A stretch of 64,000 nucleotides of DNA. It comes from a bacterium (lineage in GTDB: Archaea; Thermoplasmatota; E2; JACPAO01; JAHFTW01). Of the stretch, positions 39,330 through 47,355 are shown piece by piece. Both the position numbers and the translations under genes were made by a program. Where the stretch lies: the NCBI GenBank assembly GCA_040390065.1, contig JAZJZE010000009.1, positions 474,930 to 538,929 on the forward strand, written 5' to 3'. Under the pieces are notes generated by a model. That model saw only the letters and a program-made list of their open reading frames with translations. It was not told the origin of the DNA and made no database searches. Every line of letters starts with the position of its first letter. Position 1 is the first letter of the stretch.

Positions 39330-40706
39330 ATGAAGAAAATTGAAACTGAAGTGCCAGCCACGAGTGGCGAGAAGCTGCTCGTTCCCGTCAACCAAGTCCG
39401 CGAGTCCCCGGACAATGGCCGCATCAACTACGATGAAGCCGCCCTGAAGGACCTGATGCAATCCATCAAGTCCACGCGCCTGGAAGAAGACGTGGTAGTG
39501 CGACGCGTCGAAGCCGACGTGTACGAGGTCGTGGATGGGCACCGTCGATTCCGTGCTGTGCAGCGCCTCGGCTGGGACGCCGTGCCGGTCCTCGTCAAGC
39601 CCTTGACGGAGGAGGAGGCGCGGTTGTACCGTGTGGCGACGATCTTCCAACGCGCCAACGCAACGCCGTACGAGGAAGCACGCTACTTGGCCGCGGCTTT
39701 GAAGAATCCGGGCATGACGCGGCAACTCTTGTCGCAAACGTGCGGCATCAAGCCCGGCACCCTGCGAAACCGATTGGAACTCCTGGAGTTTCCGGAGCAG
39801 GTCGCCAAACGCGTCGGTGTCGATGGATTCGCGGCGGAGCACGCCCGCATCCTTGCCAGCCTTGCTGCCTACCCCGACGCCTTGGCAGTTGGCTTGAAGG
39901 TGGCGGAGGACAAGGACACTGAGGGTACGATGCGCTCCGCTCCCCGCTTCTTCGAGGACGTCAAGAAGGCGCTCGTCAAGGCCAACGCTGCCAGGGACCC
40001 CACGAGCAACCGCCTCTGGGAAGTGCGAAACGCCTTCCCGACTTTCGAGGGCCAAGCCGGCAAGTTGGCTTGCGTGAAACACAAGACCCAGTTCGGTGAA
40101 GCTGTCCTGGTCCTCGACGTTGCGGCCTTTGATGGACTCGTGGACAAGGCGAAGGCGACGTTGGAGCGCCGCAAGGAAAAGGACGCCAAGCCGAAGGAGG
40201 ATGCCGACGAGGCACGCCGGATTCGGCGCCGGGAGCGGCAACTCGAAGTCGAACACGCCGCCAACGAATGGAAACGGGATGCGCTGCGGGAGGCCGCCTT
40301 TTCGCGCCTCGGCAACATCAAGGAGGTTGAGGCCTCGGACTTGGCCAGCCCCCTTCTGGACGCCCTGGAAGTCGGCATCGACGAGAACGACATCGAGCCC
40401 CTGGCAGAGGCGGCGGGCGTCCCCGTGGAACGCCTGCGAGGCTTCCTTGCGTGGAACAATGAGGGCGAAGCCGCCAGCCAGGACCTCATACAGCACTCGA
40501 CGCCGATTGAGTTGCTGCGACTGGTGCTCGCCTTGAGCGTGGCTCGCAGCCTCGATGGCCAGTCCGGGACTTGGAGCACTCTGTGCGGGCACTGGACCGG
40601 CAAGACCATGGCGGCTTGGGACGACGCCGCCACGGAGGCGGCCCGCGGCATCGTCAAGGCCAAGGGCAAGCAGGGCGAAGCGGAGGAAGCCGAGGCAACC
40701 GCCTAG
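39330..40706 (+). CDS. ParB/Spo0J-like protein with extended C-terminus (mobile-element type)
   Basis: LMQSI...YEVVDGHRRFRA ParB-N motif, followed by HTH; AGGTGA RBS; no parA nearby. Confidence 0.85.
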   Translation: MKKIETEVPATSGEKLLVPVNQVRESPDNGRINYDEAALKDLMQSIKSTRLEEDVVVRRVEADVYEVVDGHRRFRAVQRLGWDAVPVLVKPLTEEEARLYRVATIFQRANATPYEEARYLAAALKNPGMTRQLLSQTCGIKPGTLRNRLELLEFPEQVAKRVGVDGFAAEHARILASLAAYPDALAVGLKVAEDKDTEGTMRSAPRFFEDVKKALVKANAARDPTSNRLWEVRNAFPTFEGQAGKLACVKHKTQFGEAVLVLDVAAFDGLVDKAKATLERRKEKDAKPKEDADEARRIRRRERQLEVEHAANEWKRDALREAAFSRLGNIKEVEASDLASPLLDALEVGIDENDIEPLAEAAGVPVERLRGFLAWNNEGEAASQDLIQHSTPIELLRLVLALSVARSLDGQSGTWSTLCGHWTGKTMAAWDDAATEAARGIVKAKGKQGEAEEAEATA

Positions 40707-40729
40707 ACGCGACTGGAGCGTGCTGACCC

Positions 40730-40945
40730 TTGACTTGGACTGACCGGCAACGCCTCGAACTCATGGGGCTGTTGGACGATGCCGCCCTGGACCACTTGCG
40801 CGGCGAGTACGCTCCGGCGTACCAGGCCGTCATGGACGCCTGCGACACGTGCCTGCACAGCTCCGACTTCACCCACGACGATGCCGTGGCTGAATTGGAT
40901 GTCGTCCTGGAGTGGCTCCTCAAGTCGCAAGGGGTCCCCGTATGA
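40730..40945 (+). CDS. Small acidic hypothetical protein
   Basis: 71-aa ORF continuing the operon. Confidence 0.5.
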   Translation: MTWTDRQRLELMGLLDDAALDHLRGEYAPAYQAVMDACDTCLHSSDFTHDDAVAELDVVLEWLLKSQGVPV

Positions 40946-41048
40946 TGATCCGGGCAGCCCTCCCCTTTTCCCCCTTTTTCCGGGGCGGTGCGCCGAATGG
41001 TTCGGCCAGGGGCTCTTGGGTTGCTAAGCCAGTTCTTCTTGTCTTTGT

Positions 41049-41210
41049 GGATGCTTCTGAAACCCGCGTCTTCACGCGTGTTTCCACATCCTTTCTCATA
41101 CTGGCCTCTACCGTATCGTACGTTCGTAGACCCCCCTTTATGGGGGGTCTCCTCCGTCCGTACGTTCGTGTACGTATGGAAAAAGCGGAACCCCCCGAAG
41201 CCCAGTTCCG
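41049..41210. other. oriT/origin-like cluster of hairpins and direct repeats
   Basis: AGACCCCCC-TTTAT-GGGGGGTCT (41128-41150) flanked by CGTACGTTCGT at 41117-41127 and 41159-41169; further stems at 41049-41091 and 41186-41210. Confidence 0.5.
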
Positions 41211-41237
41211 AACCTCCCCCACCCATAAAATAGGTTT

Positions 41238-41260
41238 AACACCAAAGAGTGTTTACCGGA
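41238..41260. repeat. attR-like site
   Basis: AACAC-CAAAGA-GTGTTTACCGGA. Confidence 0.7.
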
Positions 41261-41301
41261 GGGCCCCCGACGTCGTCGTCGGTTCCCCAGCCACCGTTGG
41301 C

Positions 41302-41321
41302 ACGGGTTCCGCAGAACCCGT
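41302..41321. terminator. Hairpin directly after the stop of the HhH gene
   Basis: ACGGGTTC-CGCA-GAACCCGT. Confidence 0.35.
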
Positions 41322-42566
41322 TCAAACGCCGTTGTCGTACTCGCCCTTGCGCGCCGTCTCAATCCAGCGCTTGGCGACGACGGGGGTGATGTCGAGGCCC
41401 TGGATGCGGACCTTGCGGCTGCGCTCCAATTCGCGGATCTTGTTGGACAGCGCCGTTGCGTCCTCGGCGGCCAACTGCTGGACGCTGCGGATGCCGGCCT
41501 TCACGAGGACTTCCGCCGATTGGGGCCCGATGCCCTTGAGGCGGATGAGTTTCGCCATCGCTTGCCACTCGGCGACGAGTTCGGGGGTCGCGTCGATGGT
41601 CTGCGCGATGTTCTCGGCGTTCACGGCGAGAAGCTGCGGGATGGTGATGACGCCCTGCGCGTTGAGGCGTGAGGCGTACACCTTGCCGATGCCTTCGATC
41701 TCCATGATGTGCTGCTTCTCCTCGCCGGGCTTGAGGACGACGGCCTGCTTCTCCGCCTTGGACTGCATGTCCATGGCGAAGTCCTCCATCTCCTTCTGCT
41801 TCACCAGCAGGAGGGATTCGCGCTTGCGCAGGTTGGCGACCTCGTTGTCGAGGGTCTGCCGGAGAGCGGCGTGCTCCATGTCGCGGCGCTCGATGGAGTC
41901 CATCGTCTCGTCGACGCGGACGTTGAGTTTCTTGTGGCCGGACTCGAGGGCGGCGACGCGCTCCTTGAGTTCCTGCAAGAGGGGCGAGTTGACCTTGTCG
42001 GCGGTGCGCAGGGCCTTCACGTCGCCAAGCAGGCTCGCGATGTCCTTCTGCATCTGCTCGATGGCACTCCGGTAGGCCGGCTCCTTCTCGAGAGCAAGGG
42101 CGCGGTTCATGGCGTCCTGGGCCATCTTCATGGCCTGGTTGGCGGCGCGGACGGCGTCCTGGATGCGCGAGTCCCACGCGTTGAACTCCTTGCGGATGTC
42201 GTCACGCATGCCGGCCAAGTCGCGGCGCAGGCCGTCGCGGAACTCGCGGGCCTCGTCGAGTTCGCGCTTGCGAGCCTCGGCCAGGCGGTCGGCTTCCAAC
42301 TTGAACATCTTGTCGACCTTCTTGTCGATGTCGAAGATGACGCCCACACGAGTGAGGAAGAGCGTGAGGATGATGGTCACGACCACGATGGCCAACAGGG
42401 CCGTGCGGGCGGCTTGCTCGAGGTTGAGCACACCTGCTCCGGGCAGGTACCCGAGACCGTAGATGAAGGCGAAGGCGACGCCGACCACCAAGATGACGCC
42501 AAGGAGGTTGAAGAAGCGGCGCTGCCGTGCCGCGAAGTCGTCAGGGGGGGCCAGGGGGTCTGCCAT
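41322..42566 (-). CDS. Membrane-anchored coiled-coil protein with tandem helix-hairpin-helix (DUF4332-like) domain
   Basis: Two TMs, long coiled coil, IEGIGKVYA..L and LKGIGPQSAEVLVKAGI. Confidence 0.8.
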   Translation of the reverse strand: MADPLAPPDDFAARQRRFFNLLGVILVVGVAFAFIYGLGYLPGAGVLNLEQAARTALLAIVVVTIILTLFLTRVGVIFDIDKKVDKMFKLEADRLAEARKRELDEAREFRDGLRRDLAGMRDDIRKEFNAWDSRIQDAVRAANQAMKMAQDAMNRALALEKEPAYRSAIEQMQKDIASLLGDVKALRTADKVNSPLLQELKERVAALESGHKKLNVRVDETMDSIERRDMEHAALRQTLDNEVANLRKRESLLLVKQKEMEDFAMDMQSKAEKQAVVLKPGEEKQHIMEIEGIGKVYASRLNAQGVITIPQLLAVNAENIAQTIDATPELVAEWQAMAKLIRLKGIGPQSAEVLVKAGIRSVQQLAAEDATALSNKIRELERSRKVRIQGLDITPVVAKRWIETARKGEYDNGV

Positions 42567-42790
42567 GGAAGGCCGGCAGGGATTCCCCTGTAAAGCGTTT
42601 TCAGGTGACGCCTGCGGGATTCCAGAGGACAGAGCCAAGCCGTCCGACGCGTGGCGGCCACTGTGGGGGCCGCGGCTTCAACAGATGGGGCGGACGCTCC
42701 CCTGCCTGTCGAACGCCAACGACCGATTCCGCCCCTCCTGCGACGACGTCGACGCCCACAAAGGAATCGAAGGATTGGACCGCAGGCCAG

Positions 42791-42830
42791 GACGGCCGCG
42801 GACGGGCCTGGACGGCCATGGACGTCCGCG
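42791..42830. repeat. Four imperfect tandem 10-bp repeats
   Basis: GACGGCCGCG, GACGGGCCTG, GACGGCCATG, GACGTCCGCG in an intergenic region. Confidence 0.55.
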
Positions 42831-42893
42831 AGGGTTCCTCCAACTTTGCCAGAGGGAAGTGAACGTGGCGCCCGCGACACCCCCGACGGCCGG

Positions 42894-44180
42894 TCAGTAG
42901 TCGCCAATCGGGGCTTTCATGAATTCGCGCAGCACGACTGTTGCGTAGGACCCCTTGCCCAGAGCGAAGGCGAAGACCGGATCGCCGTCGACCCATGAGA
43001 CGGTGAGGTCGCGCACGGGTTGCAGGATGCCGCGGCGCCGTCCCTTGCTGGCCATTTCGGGGAGTTCGCGGACGCGGAAGTCTGCCGGGTGGACGCCTTC
43101 GTCGTCGAGGACGGCCTGCTCGACGTCGCCGGGGCGGCCTTGCGCCATCTCCACGGTGAGCCCGACGAGGGGCGCGGTGAGGGTTGCGCGTCCTTTGTCG
43201 AGTTCTCGTTGCACGCGCTCCAGGCTTGCCGCTGTGACGAGGTGGGTGTGGGTGCCGTCTTCGTCCACGCCCATGACGCGGTCGCCGACGTGGGCCCGTG
43301 CAACGCCGAGTCCGGCCTCGACGCGGGCGGAGAGGATGAGGTTGAACAGGTAGGACTGGTGGGCGTGGACGAAGAGTTGCAGCAGGTTCGGCGGCAATGC
43401 GCCGAGGGCGTTGCGCCAGTCGCCGGGTTTGCGAAGCAGCCGTTCGAGGATGGCCCGTTCGCCGTCGAGGTGGCGCGGATAGACGTCCAACGCGGCGCCT
43501 GGGTCGCGGGTCGTCTCGTAGACGGCGCGGGCGGCCAGTGCTTCTTCGCGTTCGCCGGCGACCGGATTACCGCAGTACAGGCGGACGGCTTCCTCGAGGT
43601 CGCCGTCGACGATGGCGCGGCCGACTAGGTGCGTGATGGCGCGCCAGGAGCCGCCGAAGCGCTGTGGCCCGAAGAAATTCGGCACTCCGCCCTCCGCGGC
43701 GATGGCCTTGGCCGCGGCGTCGACGGCGACGGTATCACGCGTCGAGTCGCGCACGCGGATGACGAAGCGGTTGCCCTCGTGGGCCCCGGCAAAGTGGGCC
43801 TTGCGCGTCGCGTACGTCTCCAGGACCTCGACGTCCGAGAGGGTGGAGAGTTTGCCCACGTCCGCGACGGGGGCCTTGAACGTGAACCACTGTTCCGTGA
43901 CGGCGCGCTTGTCCTTCATGCCGGCAAAGGCGACGTGCTCCCGGTAGATGCCAAGGCGCTTTGCGGCCTCGCCTGCGAAGCGGTTGGTTTCCCAGTTCTT
44001 CAGCCGGATGCGCGCGGCGGCATGGGCGCCCTCGGCAAACGGCTTGGGGCCCTCTCCGGTCTCGATGACGACGAAGTCCTCAGGCTCGCCGCGCAGCTTG
44101 CCGCCGATGCCGGCCGTCGCGGTGAGGTACGAGGCGAGGCCGAGCGCGCGCTCCTCGTCGGGTGGAACGGGTCGCGTCAA
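42894..44180 (-). CDS. truD: tRNA pseudouridine(13) synthase
   Basis: PEDFVVIE, AGMKDKRAVTEQW, GNRF, PNFFGPQRFG, GSYATVVLRE; TTG start inferred. Confidence 0.95.
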   Translation of the reverse strand: MTRPVPPDEERALGLASYLTATAGIGGKLRGEPEDFVVIETGEGPKPFAEGAHAAARIRLKNWETNRFAGEAAKRLGIYREHVAFAGMKDKRAVTEQWFTFKAPVADVGKLSTLSDVEVLETYATRKAHFAGAHEGNRFVIRVRDSTRDTVAVDAAAKAIAAEGGVPNFFGPQRFGGSWRAITHLVGRAIVDGDLEEAVRLYCGNPVAGEREEALAARAVYETTRDPGAALDVYPRHLDGERAILERLLRKPGDWRNALGALPPNLLQLFVHAHQSYLFNLILSARVEAGLGVARAHVGDRVMGVDEDGTHTHLVTAASLERVQRELDKGRATLTAPLVGLTVEMAQGRPGDVEQAVLDDEGVHPADFRVRELPEMASKGRRRGILQPVRDLTVSWVDGDPVFAFALGKGSYATVVLREFMKAPIGDY

Positions 44181-44303
44181 CGAGGCGGCGAGGAGGCATC
44201 CCGTGAAAAGGTCAAGCGCGGGGGACTTGCGGGTGCGTCCAGCGGACCGGACGGCGGCATCGGTGGGCTTTCCGTCATGGCAAACGGCACCCGTCGCGCG
44301 CCT

Positions 44304-44466
44304 CAAGGCCAGGGGACGGCCACGTCATCCTCCGACGGCGGCGCGGGCAACGAGGTGGCCGCGTGGCTGGGTGTGGGAGGCCATGGAGAACAGGAATCAA
44401 GTGGAGAGAAACGGAATGCGTTCTCGTTTTCCCGTGGTCTCCGGTTCTCCCAGGCCGTCTTTGCCT
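44304..44466 (+). repeat. Dispersed structured intergenic repeat, copy 2
   Basis: Reverse-complement match to 16810-16977; long imperfect hairpin GGAGAAC...GTTCTCC. Confidence 0.85.
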
Positions 44467-44751
44467 GAAAGGCCGCGAAGTCGCCGAAGAGTGGAAAGGT
44501 CGCTTTCCGCGTTTTTCGGTGGCTTCCAGCTCTTTCAGGCCCCCGGCGGCCCCAGCCATCGCTTCGCTCCGCTTGCCATGCCCTCGCACGCCCGCGCTGC
44601 GCCGCGGGCAGCTCGCCCCGACCGGGGGCTGCGTCGCCTCCCTGCCATTCCTTCAAGGCGTCGGCGCCGTCGGAGGAACGTGGGAATGGCGCGTCGGTCT
44701 TGACCCGCAGGTTGGCCGGTCTTCCGCGGCTTCCTGGATGTCCAGGCCTAG

Positions 44752-44907
44752 AGTCTGACGCAAAAGTAGCCTGTCCGCCGGGCAATCCGCAGCGTGCCGG
44801 CTGCTAGGAAGGGGCCCGCAGGCGTACTGGAGGTACGGCCAGGGCCCCTGACGACGCAGACGGTCGGCTCCGGGCAGCCCGGCGTCAGGGGACTTTTGCG
44901 TCAGACG
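44752..44907. mobile_element. MITE, 156 bp, with 15-bp perfect terminal inverted repeats
   Basis: GTCTGACGCAAAAGT (44753-44767) and ACTTTTGCGTCAGAC (44892-44906); flanked by CTAG and TTAG. Confidence 0.75.
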
Positions 44908-45195
44908 TTAGTTGCGCTTCTTCAACTCGGCTGCAAACGCGTGCTCGAGCGCGTCGAATTCGCCGATCAGGGACTTGATGGTGCGCTTGAGGACGACGTC
45001 CGGCTTGACCTTGCCTTTCGTGCGCACGAAGATCTTCGGCGTGGAGAGGCTCGGGTGTTCGATGATGTATTCGGCGAAGTCGACGTCCTTGTCCGCGAGC
45101 AGGGCCTGCTTGATGGGGTTGAGGAGCGTCTCGTTCTCGCCCACGACCTCGATCTCCAATTCGTTGGCGGTGCTGGAGATGACGGTGAGCTTCAT
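44908..45195 (-). CDS. rpoL: DNA-directed RNA polymerase subunit L (Rpo11)
   Basis: GENETLLN, AEYIIEHP, PKIFVRT; near csl4 as in many archaea. Confidence 0.9.
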   Translation of the reverse strand: MKLTVISSTANELEIEVVGENETLLNPIKQALLADKDVDFAEYIIEHPSLSTPKIFVRTKGKVKPDVVLKRTIKSLIGEFDALEHAFAAELKKRN

Positions 45196-45274
45196 GGGCT
45201 TCGCGACAAGGAGGTGTTCTTTAAGGCTTGGGGCCGGGCCGGATGGCCGGCCGAGCCGGAGAAAGCACTCCGTA

Positions 45275-46384
45275 TCACTGGATAGCGAGGCCTTTCTTCA
45301 TGATGCGGCGGCGCATGACGAGGTAGATGCCGAAGCTCACGACCATGAGCACGACGGAGTAGGCGGCGGCAAGCTCGAGTTGGCCCGCCTCGGCGAACTC
45401 GTAGATGGCGATGGGGCTGGTCTTGAGGACGGCGGAGACGACGATGATGGTGGCGCCGAATTCGGCGACACTTCGGCTGAAGACGAGGACGCCGCCGGCC
45501 AGCAGGCCCGGCTTGATGAGGGGAAGGACGATGGTGCGGAACACCGTGAAGCGGCCGGCTCCCAGGCTGCGCGCGGCCATCTCCAGGTTGGGGGGGATCT
45601 GTTCGAGGACGGTGCTGACGGTGCGCACCATGTAGGGGAACGTCTCGAGGACGTGGGCAAAGACCACGATCCAGAGAGTCCACGTGAAGGACATGGGGCT
45701 CTTGAAGAGGAAATCCGTGAGCGCGTGGATGGGGCCGTAGGGGCCGTAGAATGACAGCAGCGCCAGGCCGACGACGACGCTCGGCAGCGCGATGGTCAGG
45801 TTGCTCATGGCGTCCATGGCCTGCGATCCGAAGATGCGGCGCCGGGCGGTGGCGTAGGCGATGAGCGTGCCAAGAAACAGTTGCACGCAGACGACCAGGG
45901 TGGCCACTTCGAAGCTGCGAAACAGCGGCTGGTACAGGGCGGGCTTGCTGAAGAGTTCCTTGTACCAGTGGCCGGTGAATCCGCCGAGGCCCTGGAAGAT
46001 GGATGGCGAGAGGCTGAATGCGGCGACCGTCAGGAGGGGGCCGAGGACGAAGAAGGCGAACAATGCCCAGATGAAGATGGTCCAGGTGAGCCGCCCGACG
46101 TTCTGGCGCACCGTCAGCCAAGGGCGCCGTGCGGGGGGAAGGCCGCGCCCGACGGGTTCCCCGGGGCCGGGAGGGCGCGGTGCTGGGCGCACGATGGCGG
46201 CCTGAGGCCGGGCGGGTTGAGGGGCTGGCGGCTGTGGGCCCGTGGGAACTGGCGGCCTCGCGGGTGCGGGCGTCGGCGCACGACTTGGGACCGGCATGCG
46301 CACGACCGTCGGCGGGCCGGTCTGTGGCGGGCGCGGCGGCGGCTGGGGCGGTGCCCGCGGCGGCGGCTTTGGCTTGGCGGTCAC
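45275..46384 (-). CDS. ABC importer permease with Pro-rich N-terminal tail
   Basis: LEMAARSLGAG EAA loop; FSRSVAEFGAT; GTG overlaps the binding-protein stop. Confidence 0.88.
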   Translation of the reverse strand: MTAKPKPPPRAPPQPPPRPPQTGPPTVVRMPVPSRAPTPAPARPPVPTGPQPPAPQPARPQAAIVRPAPRPPGPGEPVGRGLPPARRPWLTVRQNVGRLTWTIFIWALFAFFVLGPLLTVAAFSLSPSIFQGLGGFTGHWYKELFSKPALYQPLFRSFEVATLVVCVQLFLGTLIAYATARRRIFGSQAMDAMSNLTIALPSVVVGLALLSFYGPYGPIHALTDFLFKSPMSFTWTLWIVVFAHVLETFPYMVRTVSTVLEQIPPNLEMAARSLGAGRFTVFRTIVLPLIKPGLLAGGVLVFSRSVAEFGATIIVVSAVLKTSPIAIYEFAEAGQLELAAAYSVVLMVVSFGIYLVMRRRIMKKGLAIQ

Positions 46385-47355
46385 GCTTTCACCTGGTAGG
46401 CCGGCAGTGCGCTTTCCAGGTCTGCCCACATGGACCAGTCATACTCGATGATCCGCGCACCAGTGAGGTCGAGACCAGCCCCCGCATGGCCGGGCACCGT
46501 GGGGCGCAGCATGACGCTCGCCAATTGGTCCTGGACGCTGGCGGAGAAGAGGTGGTCGATGAACTGCGCCCCGCCGGGGTGGGGGTGGTTCTTGACGAGC
46601 GCAGCGGCAAACAGCACCATGGTCGTGGCATCCTCGCCGTGGATACGCGGCAGCGTGTATGCGACCTTCGCGCCTTGTTTCTGGTACAGGGACGCCACGG
46701 CCTCGTACCCGAGAGTGACGTCGAACGAGCCGTCGGCGACGCCGCCGATGTTGGCGCGTGCGTTGGTGGGTTGCACGACGGTGTGCTCGACGGCGCGCTG
46801 GCCGGCCTCCTTGTCCAGCGTCTCGAAGAACATTGCCGCGTAGACGCCATTGTTCGACAGAAGTGGGTGCGGCAGCCCGAAGCGCATTGGCGTGAGGGCG
46901 AGGTCCGGTGGGGCGGCGAGTGCGGGCGTGTAGACCTCGACCAGGGGGCTCTGGGCAAACGCGGTCCAGATCTGGCCGCCGTCAGGGGCGCGCCGTTGCG
47001 GCGTGTCGGACTGCTCCGTTCCGGGCGGCCCCGGGTGCGACTCGAAGATCCCCGCCGCAAACCCCTTTTCCAGGTAGAGCGGCGAGGCGTGCAGGAAGAC
47101 GTCGGCCTCGGGGCGGTCGCGTGACATGAGCACGCGGTAGTACTCGTCGCCAGCGGCCAGGTAGACGAGCTTGACGTGGATGCCTGTCTCCGCCTCGAAG
47201 CCGGGGACGATCGCCTTCTCGAGGACGTCCTTGAGGGCAGGGGTCGTGTAGATGACCAACGTGTTCCCTTCGACGCGTCGCAGGTCGAGGGCGGAGACGG
47301 CCGCGACGGTGAACAACGCCACGAGGAGCCAGGCGGTCGGGCTAGGTCGCCGCAA
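46381..47355 (-). CDS. ABC importer substrate-binding protein (Fe3+/thiamine/polyamine-type family; substrate unknown)
   Basis: Signal; LVIYT, FEAETGIHV, PEADVF, AQFIDHLFS..VQ. Confidence 0.8.
   Translation of the reverse strand: MRRPSPTAWLLVALFTVAAVSALDLRRVEGNTLVIYTTPALKDVLEKAIVPGFEAETGIHVKLVYLAAGDEYYRVLMSRDRPEADVFLHASPLYLEKGFAAGIFESHPGPPGTEQSDTPQRRAPDGGQIWTAFAQSPLVEVYTPALAAPPDLALTPMRFGLPHPLLSNNGVYAAMFFETLDKEAGQRAVEHTVVQPTNARANIGGVADGSFDVTLGYEAVASLYQKQGAKVAYTLPRIHGEDATTMVLFAAALVKNHPHPGGAQFIDHLFSASVQDQLASVMLRPTVPGHAGAGLDLTGARIIEYDWSMWADLESALPAYQVKA

Larger units (their letters stand above)
25956..41252. mobile_element. Integrated ~15.3 kb element / genomic island with no recognisable integrase
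   Basis: Direct repeat AACACCAA(C/A)GAGTGT at 25956-25970 and 41238-41252; visibly more A/T at third codon positions; ArdC, ParB-like, RHH and wHTH genes; lies between two convergent host-like genes. Confidence 0.8.

Noticed and set aside
27582-40945. Island as a provirus or complete ICE
   Set aside because: No recognisable capsid, packaging ATPase, Rep/primase, VirB4/VirD4 or integrase
40654-41233. ORFs across the origin-like region
   Set aside because: Low-complexity translations over repeats and hairpins
44325-44384. Short ORF MASHTQPRGHLVARAAVGG as a conserved peptide in the repeat
   Set aside because: The other copy lacks the ATG and has an upstream indel; similarity is explained at nucleotide level
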